Assembly: GCF_009914755.1 (NCBI RefSeq) | Contig: NC_060938.1 | Origin: the human T2T-CHM13v2.0 reference genome, Homo sapiens | Strand: one strand, 5' to 3' | DNA length: 64,000 nucleotides | Part shown: positions 36,432-54,725 of the stretch, one piece after another | Numbering within the stretch: position 1 is the stretch's first letter | How the letters are laid out: each line of letters starts with the position of its first letter | The notes under the pieces: model-generated | What the model saw: only the letters and a program-made list of their open reading frames with translations | Databases searched by the model: none | Told to the model about the DNA's origin: nothing | Position numbers and translations under genes: made by a program

Positions 36432-36747
36432 GCAGGGCATGCTGGCTCACGCCTGTAATCCCAGCAGCTTGGGAGGCTGAAGTGGGAGGATGGCTTGAGG
36501 CCAGGAGTTGGGAGTTAGAGACCACCTTGGGCAACAAAGAGAGACCCTGTCTCTGCAAAAAATGTTTTTAAAATTTAGCCATGTGTGGTGGCATGTGCCT
36601 GTGGTCCCAGCTACTTAGGAGGCTGAGGCAGAAGGATCATTTGAGCCCAGGAGTTTGGAGGCTGCAGTGAGCTAGGATGGCACCACTGCACTCCTGGCTG
36701 AGCAACAGAGAGAGACTTTGTCTGTAAAACCAAACCAAACAAACAAA
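36432..36747 (+). mobile_element. Alu (AluJ-like)
   Basis: Diverged dimer with (AAAC)n tail. Confidence 0.85.
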
Positions 36748-37839
36748 TGCCTAAAGAAGGAAGCCACAGACTTTGGAAAGCAGCCGGTTGTCACGGCCCC
36801 CCAGCTATAGGACTTTATTACAAAAGTCCCACTAGGGGCTCACTAGGAGCTCTCAGTGAGGATGACATTGGTTCTAGAAAAACAGGAAATCTCTTTGGAA
36901 AAGTCCAGCCAGTGGACTGGGCTCTAGCCACTGTGAAATGACTCCCCTGCTATAGGCTGTTGTCTCTTATTAGTAACCAGATGCTCCAGGAGCAGCAGGC
37001 TGGCTGGCCTCTGAGGTGACAGAACACCTGAGGCCCCAGCTGGCGGGGGATGAGGACAGGGCTGCTCTCTGGTGCCAAGTGTCCTTCTTAGCTGGTCAGA
37101 GTGCTGCTGTTGGCTAAGGATCCCTGTGGCCTGACACTCCCCTGCTTCAGCAGCCAGGAGCGGGAATTGAAGGTGGAGCTGGCCAATCCGTTGTGACAGG
37201 GAGTGCTGCAGCCCTTGAAACCTGAGGAGAGCTGAGCCTTTTCCTCGCTCACCCGTCCCAGGCTGAACTTTCAGCTTCGGATCTTTGCTGTACTGAATGG
37301 GGGACCCATTAGAGTGCGTACAGGGTGACAGGGAAAGGCTGAGACTGCCCTATGGAAGATGGATTTGTGGGGTGGAGCTGGAGTGTGGGGTGAGGAGCCT
37401 CCTCCTCAGATTTGATGAATTGATGTGCGGTACAGTGTCCTTTATGGACTCATAATAACCCCTGCCAACTCTCTGGTTCGTTCAACAAATGTTTATTGAG
37501 CTCCTACTACCTGCCAGACCCGCAGCGTGCCGGGTGCTCGGGATACCACAGTGAAGGAGATGTGGTCCCCAGCATCCCTAGTGGGTAACAGTTATCCCCA
37601 TTTGGGTAACATATTGTTCTTTCTAAGCATTTGTCAGGATCTCGACTGATACTAGTCAAAAGCCTGTGAATCCCATAAAGTATTACTGTTGTTCCCATTT
37701 GAAGGGCGGGAGAGGGGAGACAGAGAGAGGCCTTGCTTAAGGGAAGCTAGGTAGAACCAGGTCCTGTTTAGTCTTTTCACTGACCCCCTGCCAAGGGGAG
37801 TCAGGGAACTGATACTTTATATGCTATTTTTTTCCTTAC

Positions 37840-38480
<641 letters not shown>

Positions 38481-38764
38481 TAACCATTAGAGTCTGATAG
38501 CAAAACCTGATGAATCAGGGAAGGCTTCATGGAACTTCTGAGCTTGTTTTCTCTATTCACTATTTCATTTCTGGCACCTTCTTGTTGAATGAAACCGATG
38601 CCCTTCACAGGCAAGAGGATAGATTAGAGACCTATTTAAAGTTCTTGCTTTCACCATGCAGGTCACACCCTGATACCCATCTTGAAAAGCCCTGCTTAGA
38701 AGGTCTTACTGGCTGGACGCAAACACAGCTTGATTTGAAGCTGAAAGGCCTCCCTGGTTACACG

Positions 38765-38880
38765 TAAGCTTCTTGAGGGTCAGAGACATCACTTGGGCTT
38801 CTGTGCCTCCCAGTACTAAAGAGCACACACGCTGTTCCTCACATAGGCGCTCAATAAACCCTAATTGATTCGTTGATTGG
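38765..38880 (+). mobile_element. L2 3' end
   Basis: gtaagcttcttgagggtcagagac...cacataggcgctcaataaa. Confidence 0.65.
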
Positions 38881-39542
38881 GAACAACAATTATATCGTTG
38901 AAGTGCCTGGAAAGACAATCTCCCAGGGCTGCCAGCCAGCTGGGGGCTCAAGGGACAGGTGATTTCAAATCAATGTGCTTGCTCATCCCCAAGGCAAAGT
39001 TTAAAACGGATGACTGAAGCATTCTTTTAGAACAGTGCAAAACTGCAAACATGCAAATAGCCAGCAGTAGGGGGATAGCTAAGCTAACTGGGTTATATTA
39101 AGATTCTGGAAGACTCTACAGTTATTTTAAAAAGCAAGTATGTTGTCTATTTTAATACAGAGAAATGTGTATCAGGTACCAAAATGGGAGAAGCAGAATT
39201 TGAAAAGAATGTAGAAATAAACATACACTTAGAAAGACAAGAAGAAAAGGTGACCATGTAGTAGTTCCCCATACCCCGCCTCCCTTTTTTTGTAAAGTTC
39301 ATTCAGCAAAAGGGATGGTTATAACAGGGTCATGTCTCTCATACTGTGTGGTGTCATGGGAGGAGTCCCTGGGCCAGATCACCAGATGACCCAGGGATCC
39401 TGGTGCGGCTAATTATGGACCATGTGGCCTTGAACAACCTACTCTCCCTATCCTCAGTTTGTTATCTGTGAGGTGTGAATTATAACACTTGTCTTGCCTA
39501 TCTTGCCAGGTAAGGCTGTAAGGAAATTAAGAGTCTTTATCT

Positions 39543-39844
<302 letters not shown>

Positions 39845-40019
39845 GGCTCTTTACCCCATGTAGTAGGATATTCATAGATTTCTGTGTAGAAATAATGATG
39901 TGTTTGACTATGGGGTGCTGACTGACACCTAGCTTATACAGCATATAAATGTTTTACCTTTCTGGAATCCAAAAAGTCTTGCAAAATCCCATGGGTTCGG
40001 GGTAAGGGATCACGGTCCT

Positions 40020-40500
40020 GTATAAAGCATTTTAGACATTTTTTATTTAACTCAACCTTCACAATAATCCTATAGAGTAGGTTTTACCATCTCCATTTTA
40101 CAGATGAGAAAACTTGTGTGTAGAGAGGTTAAGTAATTTGCCTTCCTATTCATTATAAATAGTACAGGCTAAATGAGGACCATTCTAAAGCCCATAATTT
40201 TGGTCATTATGACCTCGCCAGCAGGATTCCAGAAATGCTTGCTGGAGTGGCATCTCCTTGCATTTTCCTTGTGAAACAAATGAAGGAGAATGTCTCTCCT
40301 AATAGTTGACATTGATTGGGTGCTAAGCACTCTACAGTCATTGCCTCTTTTAATCTCCACCACTCTGGGAGGTCTAGACTATTATTGGCCACATTTTCAG
40401 ATGAGGAAACTGAGTCTCAGACAGGTTACATAACATGCCCACTTGAGTCAGGAACCTGGGATTCAAACTCCAGTCTAATGACTCCAAAGCCTGGGGTATT
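40020..40500 (-). mobile_element. MIR fragments
   Basis: ccattttacagatgagaaaac; cattttcagatgaggaaactgagtctcag. Confidence 0.65.
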
Positions 40501-41460
40501 GAATCTTTGTTGGGCAATCAGGAAGTTCCCAGGGGTACATGGAGCATAAACAGCCACATTCCAGAAAGGCTGAGAAAGAGGGTGGTTGCAATCAGAGTTA
40601 TGAACCTGGAGCAATCTAGCCCCTTCCATTTTCTGGTACTTTCCCTTCCCTCCCCAGCCCTTACCCTCACTCTCCCTCCTTCTGGACAACAAAGTCAGCT
40701 GTCATCTCAAGGATATGAAACGTAAGCCAGGATTGGGTGTCACATGCCCTCAGCAGAGTCATAGGAAGAAAAAAAAAAAACTAGAAACAATGCACAGTCA
40801 GAAGAAGAAAAGTTGTTTCTTAGGCTGCTCAGGGCACATGCAAAGGCAGAAACAATGAGATAGTCCTGCAAAAGGTGCCATCTGGTCCTGCTGGTCAGCA
40901 AATCTGAGATCCTGGGAGAACAGATTGAGTGAAAGTCAGCAAAATAACACTAAATAACACCTGATGTCATTTTGTTTTTATTTCTGAAAGGATCCAAGGA
41001 ACAGGCTTTCCCTTGGAGTTTGAAGAGGGCCGGGCGAGGTTCTGCCTCCTGTTCTGACCTTTGGCTTTGATTGGGCAGGTCAAGTTGTCCCTGGAGCTGC
41101 CCAGTGGGCAAGCCAGGGAGGCTCTGGGCACCAGCTGTCCTTGACTGCCTGTCCCTGAAGAACTCCTGGGGACTCTACTGCAGAAAAGGACAACAGCTAA
41201 ATCAGGCATAGACTGTAACAGGCGAGGTCTCCTGGAGGTGGGGTAGGGGTTAGATGAGAGATACTAGCTCAGAGCATGAGCAGCATTTCATGAAGGTTAG
41301 GATGGGGGAGTGTGAGGGTTAAAGATATGATCACAGGTGATGGTCACATGTTTACAAAGAAGTCAGATGTGTGGCAGGGATCTGGATTGTCCCCATGCAG
41401 AAAGTTCTCACTGCTGTATAGAGAATGGGGAAAGGGACTGGTTGCAACTAACTGAAGTAA

Positions 41461-41787
<327 letters not shown>

Positions 41788-42084
41788 TGAGGGGCACCTC
41801 GTGGAGTCAAAGGAAAGGCTGAAGAGCAAACTAAGAGGACAACAAAAAGCCAAACACCTCCAAGGATCCAGGTAGCAGGAGTTATTGGACAGTCTGTTTA
41901 GGTTTTGTGTTGAGATTCAAATCAAGGGAAAGAGGTTGAGTATTCTGGTTTGGGTTAGAAGTCCATCCTTGGCCTGGGGAGAAGAGGACCCACCAATACC
42001 ATAGCCAATGGGAAAGGGGTCATTCTGCAAAGCAGGAAATAACTGTATTGCAATTAGTAAGGATGCTGTAAGCTTCCACTAGCT

Positions 42085-42412
<328 letters not shown>

Positions 42413-42476
42413 AAGGCAATGCCCACAAGACTTAATAATGTGGATGTCTAATATTCCATTTTAAGATGTTTGCTGG

Positions 42477-42805
<329 letters not shown>

Positions 42806-43176
42806 CTAATGCTGGCTGCTCTAGACCATCAGCAGAGTTAACTTTTGCACTCAGCCTAGGGGGAGGCTAGAATGTGCTCCCAGTGAACTCAACTAACTAC
42901 ATCTGAGCTAAATACACCAAACTAAGTCTCAGAGAGGCTCAGTCTCTTGTCCAAAGTCATATAGACAGTAAGCGGTAGAGACAGGGTTAGAACAAAAGTC
43001 TGTCTGAGTCAATACCTCTGCTACATCTTCCCTACCTTTGCCCTACTCTGGGAAGGTCCAATACTGCCAACAACCTTGAGACTCCAAGGATCTGTGGGAC
43101 TTGAGCTCCCAGGTAGCTTCAGGAGGGCCTCAACAGGCCCAGCTCACAGAGGTTAGTGTGCATGAGGTGGCGCAGG

Positions 43177-43215
43177 GTGTGTGTATGTGTGAGAGTGTGT
43201 GTGTGTGTGTATGTG
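43177..43215. repeat. Imperfect (TG)n microsatellite
   Basis: gtgtgtgtatgtgtgagagtgtgtgtgtgtgtgtatgtg. Confidence 0.85.
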
Positions 43216-44796
43216 AGACAGAGAGAAAGAGAGCAGCCCTGCACCTGCACCACCTGGCCTGGTGCAATCTACCCCAGGGTAGGAGTGCTTATGTAGTAGG
43301 TACAGAGAAAGTTTTGCCAAAACAAAACAGATCCATATTTCCAGTCCCGCTGACCGCAATCCATGACCTCTGAGAGAACAGGATGGAGGCTAAGGGTACC
43401 TGGGACCCCAGGCTCTCCCTGCAGCCTCCCCTGGCCTGTGCCCCCATCCTCAGAATGGGGTTTCCTGGAAGGGGCTGGGTGAGGCCCCACAGGTCTTCCT
43501 TAAAAGCACTCCATCACCCTCTGTCCATCACATCCATCACCCTCTGTCCCCCTGCCCCCACCCTCCAGAGCCCTACAGGCTCTGACCCCTGCCTGCTTCT
43601 CTCACCTGCATCCTGTACTCCTCCTCACCCTCGCCCCCACCACGCAGCAGCCACACCAGCCTTTTATCTGTACCTCAAACTCTTCGAGCTCATTCGCATC
43701 TTTGCCTCTTGTACCAGCTGTTTCCTCTGCACAAAACACTCTCCCTGCACCTTCACAGGGGGACTGTCATCACGATCCAGGCTTCAGACTAAATAGCATC
43801 TCTTCTGGCAGACCTTTTGGGGCTACCCAGTCTAGAGAAGCTCCCTATTCATTTGCACACCACCCTGTTTTAATTGTATCACGATCTGTTATTTTCGCAA
43901 GTTCTGTTCTCTGTGTGTTCTCAGCCTTCACACATGCTGTGCTTTCAACCTGGAGTGCCTGCTCTTCACCTCACCTCAAGCTTCACCCCCTGTCCTGGCT
44001 AAATCAGACACAGAAATATTTCCTGATCTCCCCTTCTAGATCTGGGTTAATCCCTCTTTCCCTAACAGTGAGCCATCGGAGTTGTCGGCACCCTGTAATT
44101 CCACTGAAGTCATCCTACAGCAAGGACACAGGAATCTGTCTTGCTCCCTGCTGTGCCACAGGCCTAGCGCAGGGAGGTCCTGGTGCACAGCAGGTGAATG
44201 GATGACCAAAGTCAGCTGCGTTGACAACACTGGAAGAATGTAGCCACTCTGCTGGTGACCGGCACACAGAGGGCTTCCAGGCGCCAGGACTGGGTTTGTA
44301 AACTGAAGGCAGAGCGAGGGGAAGCTCCACGGAGATAGAAACCAATGTTGCCAGCTTTAAGTGAGCTCATCAGTCTCCAGTTGGGCTAAGAGGAGAAAGA
44401 GTGTTCCAGGGAGAGGTAACATAGGGGCCGAAGGCCCAGAGGCAGTGAACGGGAGCTGCAGGGAGAACTACAAGTCAGTCTCCCTGGATGGCACAGGGCT
44501 GGGGCAGAGGCGAGAAATGAGGCCAAACCACAAAAGGTTTGTAAGCCTCGCTAAGGTGTCGAGCTTGATCCTTAGGGTAATGGGAAATCATTAAAGAGTC
44601 TGAAGTAGGGAGTGAAATGGTCAGATCTGCATCTAAACAGAAACTTCACAACAGGTACAGGTATATCTTGGGATGCCTAAATCCTTGCGTTCCCTCCCAG
44701 ATGACCACACACTGTGCTTCCAGCTTTCACTCCTCATGGAATTCCTAAGTGGGTACAAAATGCAAGGGCTTCAGCAGAAATCTGCTTCTCGACCCC

Positions 44797-45239
44797 TATA
44801 CTGGGTTGAATGGTGGCCCACCAAAAAGATGTAGCCACGTCCAAGCCCCCTGAAGCTGTGAATGTTACCTTATTTTGAAAAGGGGTCTTTGCAGTTGTAA
44901 TTAAGGATCTTAAGATGAGATCATCCTGGATTACCCGGGTGGGCCCTACATGCAATGGTAAGTGTCTTTTTAAGAGACAGAAGAGGAGGAGGCCATGTGA
45001 CCACAGTGGCAGAAATGGGAGTGATGCTGCCACAAGCCTAGGAAGCCAAGGATTGCCGGCAGCCACCAGAGACTGGAAGAGGCAAGGCCAGATCCTCCCC
45101 TAAAGCCTCAGAGGAGATGCAGCCTGCTGATGCCTTGATTTGACTTCTGCCTTCCAGAAGTGTGACAGAACACAGTTCCATTGTTTAGAGCTACTCATTT
45201 TGTGGTAATTTGTTACAGCAGTCCTAGGACACTGATACA
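44797..45239 (+). mobile_element. MLT1C-type MaLR solo LTR
   Basis: gggttgaatggtggccc...gtggtaatttgttacagcagtcctaggacactgataca; exact TSD acccc. Confidence 0.85.
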
Positions 45240-45277
45240 ACCCCATACTTTAACTAAGAAGCTTCAGCCCCAGGACC

Positions 45278-45296
45278 CTTCGCCATCTGGTGGACC
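45278..45296 (-). promoter_or_regulatory. CTCF motif, reverse
   Basis: Minus strand ggtCCACCAGATGGCGaag matches the CTCF core. Confidence 0.55.
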
Positions 45297-45829
45297 CTTC
45301 TAAACCAGAAAACTTCCTTTCTGTTTGGAAGCTGTAATTGTGACAGAGGCAAAGAGCCAGACCATATCATCTGCGGATCTCCTTCTCTGTAATGTTTGGC
45401 ACTAAAAGGCTACCTTTGCCCAAACCAAGAAAGTGTATTACCAGAATGAAACAATGGGTGGATCAGTGGAGCTGGGTCTTTGGCCAAGGCCGGAAGACTC
45501 TAAGAGGGAAATGCTGGCAGGGCTCTGCAGGGATTAATGGTTTGGAAAGAGGGAGGAGGACAGTGAGCTGCTCTATGGTGGTGGGCACAGAAATGGCATG
45601 GATGGTTGTTGTCTAAATAGATTCCTAGCTTCAAGTTCCCAAAAGAGCCTGGGAACTGGTGTTCTGGAACACTCAGCCTGGCCTTTAGGGTGGGTTCACT
45701 AAGACTCCACTTGTCAAGAGTTTCTTAAAGCACTCACTACGTGCTTCCTTTGTTCGGCACTGTACCCAGCTAGGCACCTTGCAGGGCACAGTAAATGTCT
45801 GCACTTCTGGACAATAAGATTCCAGCCTG

Positions 45830-46166
<337 letters not shown>

Positions 46167-47003
46167 TCAACCTATCAACCTTTGAGTGTGTGAAAAGTGT
46201 CTCTTCCTGGAAGAATCCTTACCCAACCCCGTAGACAGCCAGGGTCCTCTGTTAGAGCTTCTTTTCTGGAGGATTGGTCAACGTTGTAATGTTATGGGCT
46301 TCCCTTCAACATCTTCAGCATCACAGGAACTAGCCTGGTCCTTGGCTCACTGCAGGTATCTAATAAGGAGTTGATGAGTTAAACAGGTCAGTTCTCAGTC
46401 CTATCTGGGTTTTCAGAAGGCACCAGCAGAAGGTTCTTATCTTGTTAGGAGAAAGGTTTCAGCTGGTAGTTTCAAACACTCTGAAGGTACTGACAGCCAG
46501 GGGCCCAGGTTTCATGCCAAGACAAGGAAATAGGATGAAAGAGAAAAGGCCCAGGGCAAAAAGAAGGCTGTGGGTGGGAAGGAGGGAGGGAGGGGAGAGG
46601 GTATCAAGGCTAAACTCAGCATTGGTAGAGGCCACAATTTCACAGCTCTCCTCCACTAGGCGGGATCTTTGTGCCAATTGTCTTAAGTCTTGGCTAAGAC
46701 AGCATTCTACACCTCCTTTCTTATAACTCCCTCTCTCTCCCTTCCATCCCATTCCCAAACATTTTAATTTAACTGCAAATAGCACCCACATGAGCTGGAC
46801 TCAAAAGGCATCCAGAAACTCATCAAGTACAAAGGGGTATTGGACTCACCACAAATCCTGCCCCCGGTGGAAGGTCTCTGCTTATATTGAACAAAAGAGT
46901 GTTCTGCAGAGAAATGTGGTAAATCTGGGTGGCCGACTCTTTGCCAACAGACCTCTCCCATAAAACAGAAATAATGGTGGCCATCTGAAATGGGAAGAAA
47001 TGA

Positions 47004-47392
<389 letters not shown>

Positions 47393-47763
47393 AGTGTTTC
47401 AATTTGTAAGACCTGGCTCCTCTAACCTGCTGTATGAGGAATCAGTCACTCCTTTTTCCTCTGTTTCCCTCCCTTGGTTGTACCGGGGCAGTCTAAACAT
47501 TGCAGCCTTCTGAGACAGGCACCCAGGAAGACCAGGCAAGACTACAGTCATGTACTCACTGTCAGTAAACATTAGGCTTTCACAAAGTCCAGGCAGACTT
47601 CAGAAGACGTGGATGAAGTCCTTAGTGTTAGCTCTCCTGGGGCATTTCTCTCCACCTAGTGTTGTTAGTGCCCTTTGGATTGGGTGAGGGAGGGGTGGAG
47701 GAGGTGAGGAAGGAAAGTGTCGAGAAAGGCAGGCGCCCACTGACTAGAGTAGGGAAGTAGCTG

Positions 47764-48048
<285 letters not shown>

Positions 48049-48420
48049 GGGTCTTGGGCCCCCTCAGTCTTCTCGCTCGGGGACCTGCCTCTTGCCTCTT
48101 CTCTGAAGCTCCATAAAGGAGACCCTGTTTCATTTTGCTTGCCTCTTTCTATAAAATCTTGTTCTGAGAGAACTACCTTGTATATTTGTTTATGCTAACA
48201 TGTAAATGACTGCTGGGGATTTATGCTATCTCATTTTCATAAGGGAAAAAGCTTTCAGCCAAAGAAATGAAAACCTTCAAGTGAGGGAGGCAGAGGGCCC
48301 TCCCGATGATTTAGAAAGCACACTGTCTACTCCATCCAGAAAAGCAGTGGGTGTTCTATAACCCAGCTGTGACAGGGGGCCCATGCCATTTGCGTTTAGC
48401 TGAAATTACTGAGCAACTTC

Positions 48421-48704
48421 AAGACAGGGTCTCACTGTCACCCAGAATACAGTGGTGCAATCATAGCTCACTGCAACCTCCAAATCCTGGGCTCACGTGA
48501 TCCTCCTGATTCAGGCTCCTGAGTATCTGGAATTATAAGTGTGTGCCACCATGCCTGGCTTTTTTTTTTTTTTTTTTTTTTTTTGTAGAGATGGTGGTCT
48601 CTGTATGTTGCCCAGGCTGGTCTCAAACTCCTGGGCTCAAGTAATCCTCCTGCTTCAGCCTCTCAAAGTGCTGGGTTTACAGGTGTGAGCCACCATGCCC
48701 AGCC
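48421..48704 (-). mobile_element. AluJ-like element with no visible tail
   Basis: Exact direct repeat actgagcaacttc (48408-48420, 48707-48719). Confidence 0.85.
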
Positions 48705-48765
48705 TGACTGAGCAACTTCTGAACCCTCCATCCTCTTCCTGGAAGGAGGAAAGTGGGCAGCGGCC

Positions 48766-48792
48766 TGGTGGTGGTGGTGGTGGTGGTGGTGG
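48766..48792. repeat. (TGG)9 microsatellite
   Basis: Nine exact units. Confidence 0.95.
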
Positions 48793-49404
48793 GAGGACAG
48801 GGAAGCTCAATGGAGCAGAGGTACATAAAGGGGGAGAGATTACTCCCTCCAAATGCACTTCTCCAACAAAACAGGGCTGCCAGGGAGGAGTGCAGAGCTG
48901 TTTTTTCGAAGCATGACTTTCAGTGTAACATCACTTTCAAAGTAAAGGGCTCTGGCCTTCCATGTCTTTGGGGGTACCCTCAGCCACCCTGCTTGGTCCC
49001 TCCTGCCTCATGAGATGTCTCAGGTCATGGCTGGTGTTTCCAGGAGGAGCTCGTCTCATGGGCAACTGCAGCCAACCTGCAGTCAACCTGGATACTGCCT
49101 GAGATCCCCCTCTGCCTGGGAGCGTGGCACCAAAGTAAGGCCTGGATCACATTATGCCACCTGAGAATTGGGGTCAGGGTGTGAATTCAGGTTACCAGAG
49201 AGTGTCAGAGCAGAGACAGCAAGAAGGATTGGCAGGGAGTGTCACTTGCCCCCTCCACAGGGCAGCCCCGCCCAGCAGCCCTCTTAGTTCAGGAGGGCAT
49301 GATGCCAGGGTGCAAAGGGCCTGGCCTCCAGGAGCCCCTGAGAAAGTGGCTCCAAAAGAGGAAAAACAGATGGGCCAGAGCCAGTCCTGGAACACAAACA
49401 CCAG

Positions 49405-49415
49405 TATATTTTATG
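49405..49415 (-). terminator. Candidate non-canonical poly(A) signal (overlapping CATAAA and AATATA)
   Basis: Minus strand gcaCATAAAATATActggtgtttgtgttcc with a GT-rich tract downstream. Confidence 0.5.
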
Positions 49416-50859
49416 TGCACAAATGTGAAAAGGAAGAGACAGAGGGACCAACGGAGACACAGAGCAGGCAATGGGCGCACAAACCGGTCGTGTGTCCTTC
49501 TCAAGAGCTGCCCAACTGGGAGACAGTCCCACCCACCTCAAAGGCCCTTTAGCAGAGCTGGGGCCTGCATCTCCTCCAGGTCTGGGTGGCCTCAGGGTGG
49601 AAGGCACTCTCCCTGCCATGGCTCCCCTAAGGGCTGGGCCTCTAACCTGTCTGCATCCCAGGGTGATGCCTACACAGCCCAGGGCTTCATAAATGCAGGT
49701 TCTCATGAACTGACCCACTCAGCAGCTGCCTCCCCAGGAGACCCACGCAGAGTGAGGGACCAGGACAAAAGGGCTTCATGGGGACTCCCTAGGTATTATT
49801 GCTGTGAATAAGCATAGGCCATTGTGACTCACTGGCATTGAAGAGGGGACAGGGCACATGGGATGCCTAGCAGATGTCCGAAGCAGTTCAACCATGCAGG
49901 GCAACACATTGCAATCTGTAACTCAGAGATGCTGCCATGTCTAGTGGAGAGAGGCCCAGGACACCAGAGGTTCATGAACAGCCAGCAAACACTCCCCACC
50001 AGCACCCTTAATGCTTGGCAGGGCTGGGATTATTCCAAACTTTGAGTCCCTGGCCACTAAGGGATTGGGGCCCTGATACCCAAAAAAGCAAGAATTGAAG
50101 TCTGGGCTATCCCTGGTGAGATCTGAACCTGTAGATCCCGTGGTCAGGCCATGGGTTGTTGCCTTCCTTTGCTGGAGGTTTGATGCCTTATGAGGGGCAA
50201 CTGGAGAAATGGGACACCTAGATGGAGCAGAAACACAATGCTGGATGTTGCCAGGCACACAGGCATACCCCCAGGACCTCCTGCACTTGGGAAAGTATAG
50301 GACCCAGAGAGGAAATGGTGCCAGGGAATGCCCACAAGGCAACTTCTGGAGCAGCAAGACCTGGTGGGCCAATCAAGGATTTGCTCTGGCTGAGAATTAT
50401 GGAGGCATCAACAAGCTGGCCACTGGACTGAGTTGTGGAATGCAAGTGTGAAGGTGGGTAGTGTGGTCTAGGGGCCCACATGGAAGGCCTGAAGGGGTGC
50501 TGGGAGACTAAGACAACATGGAGTTGGAGAGAGAACCAAGGAAACAATTGCCCAGAGAGAACGGGGAAGCCAGACAATATTCTCCTCCTGGAATTTTCTC
50601 CACCTATAGATGGAAAACAATCTACTCCCACCGGAAGCCTGATTCTCTGTAACCCCCAAAGCCCTGGAATTGGGGCCACAATAAAATCAAAAGGAGGGCT
50701 GGCCACTGCAGAAAGTAGTTCATCCCTGGATTTGAGGAGCCTGCCCAGGAAATAGGCTAGGAAATACCCTTCGTTCTGCTCTGGACGGGGCTAACTGCAG
50801 AAAATCCTGCCAAAGGCAGAGTCTGCAAGCTTTTCTCCAGACCTAGGACACAACTGTGG

Positions 50860-50898
50860 CCCACCCCACCACACCCTGCACCCCACCACACCCTGCAC
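50860..50898 (-). repeat. 17-bp tandem duplication forming a G-quadruplex motif on the mRNA strand
   Basis: (caccccaccacaccctg)x2 at 50862-50895; five C-runs of at least 3 with loops of 1-6 nt. Confidence 0.8.
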
Positions 50899-52538
50899 AG
50901 TATGGGCAGGGCAGCCAGCAGGGAAGAGGACATTCTCTCCACAGGTGATACCGTCACTTTGTAATGATCCATAAAAAGGGGAAGGCTAATTTCTACCTAA
51001 GAGTCCTAGTGTGGTCAAGAAGAGACCATGTACCATGGGGTGGGCCACTTTCTAACGGACCCTTCCCCTTGAGGAGTGAGAGTCAGAGCCGGAAGTAGGC
51101 TGGAGTGAGTATTTCACCTGTCCACTGCCAGCAATGGACCTGTCACAGGACAAAGTGGGGCAGGGGAACCAAGGTGCCAATGCCCATGAGTGTGGCAGGG
51201 TTAATACTGTTTAAGGAGTGAGCTCAAAGGGTCAGCCTTGCTGGGAGGAGTTTGGGGAGAGGGGCAGCCCTGAGGTTCTGCTACCAGGGCTGAGGCTCTG
51301 GCAGAACCAGAACTGATACCCTCCCACAAAGGAGGCTCCAAGGAGCCTTCCACAGCTGCAAGGTCCTCCTCTCTTTCTTCCTCTCATTCTCCATCAGTCT
51401 CCAATGCTGGATACCTGGCTTCTCCATCCCATAGAAAGCTAGACTGCTCAGTTTTGGCTTGAAAATAAACCAGGCAGGGAATAGATGACCTAGAACTCTG
51501 GCTTTTCCCCACCAAACTGACTTGCCTCTAGGTCCCCACTGTGGATCCACAGGGCCTAACCCAGCCTGCCTGTGCATTGGAGGGCATCATTTGTTCTCAG
51601 CTGAGCCACTGAGAAGGGAGCACTGCCACAGCCCACTAGACCGGGGGTAGGGAGGTGTAACTCAGGAACTCCCCAGGCATCAGGCCAGCCGGAACAGTGG
51701 AGGGAAGGGCTGCAAGGGGGTGAGGGTTGGGGGTGTCTCAGGGCTTCATCTCCGGCAGCTCCTGTGCTGGCTAGGGAGCTGGGGTGGGGCAGGTGTGGCG
51801 ACCGACGTGGATAAAGAGCCGCTAGTGGTAAAGGCTTTGAAAACAAGACAGAAAAGGGGGAAACGCCACCGAACACACGGGGATTGAAACCTCCAAAAGC
51901 CCAAGGTTGGTGGGAATCCAGCACCACGGGGGCCCCAGAAGGCCAAGGGAGCAGCGCAGGGCCCTGGGGGAGGGGAGAGGAGCCAAGGGAGGGTCTCCCA
52001 GCCCTTGCAGACCAGCGTTGCTGCCACGCAGCCTCCTGGCTGCCCAGTCTCTCCTCGGCTGCAGCTCAGCAGGCCCCTGGGGAGGTATTGGTTGCAAGCA
52101 AGCACCTGAATATTGCCTAATGGAACCAGCCAAAGCTCAACTAAATCCAGATCGGAGGGAGGGAGGTCAGGCCTTGCCTCCCACCTGCGGCCCCATTCTC
52201 ATTGTCCCTTGGCCAGGACAGGGCCTGCTGCTTCCAAAGTCAACTACATAGTCCATCGCTGCTCAGCCACAGGCCTCCTGGTACCAACCCCTGAACTGGG
52301 CCGCGATCCATGGACCCTTCCCAATGTCCCTCTGCTGCCTCCACACCCCATCCCCCAACACCTGACCACGGCCCCCCAACACCGGCCCCCGCGGACGTTA
52401 GGGGGCTCTGTGTGCCCTATAGGGCTGAGGCTTGGCCGGAGCAGGGCTTTTGCTGCATGGATGGGGCAACCTCACCAGCTTGGTCTCTTTGTCCATGAGT
52501 TCCATGAGAGATCCCCAGGCCCCCCACCCGCTTCCTGC

Positions 52539-53508
<970 letters not shown>

Positions 53509-53694
53509 TCAGTTGAAGAGTCGGCTGGCCTGCTGCACCAATCAGCCCCATTTCTAGACTACTTGCTGATTTCTCAGCAGGCCTATCCACTGGGGACCCC
53601 ATTTCTTCCTCCACTTCTTCTCAAACAGTTCCATGTCACTCATATTTCTGAGATGTAAGTGACTCATCACATTTGTCCTTGTGTGTGTGCATGC

Positions 53695-54725
<1,031 letters not shown>

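Larger units (their letters stand above)
49388..52538 (-). other. TMEM229B: Inferred TMEM229B 3' UTR (~3.1 kb)
   Basis: Alu-free sequence after the stop codon, ending at variant poly(A) signals; 3' end approximate. Confidence 0.6.

Noticed and set aside
40967-41209. 80-aa ATG-initiated minus-strand ORF in unique sequence
   Set aside because: No recognisable domain or exon context; the length is compatible with chance. It would need Ribo-seq or conservation support
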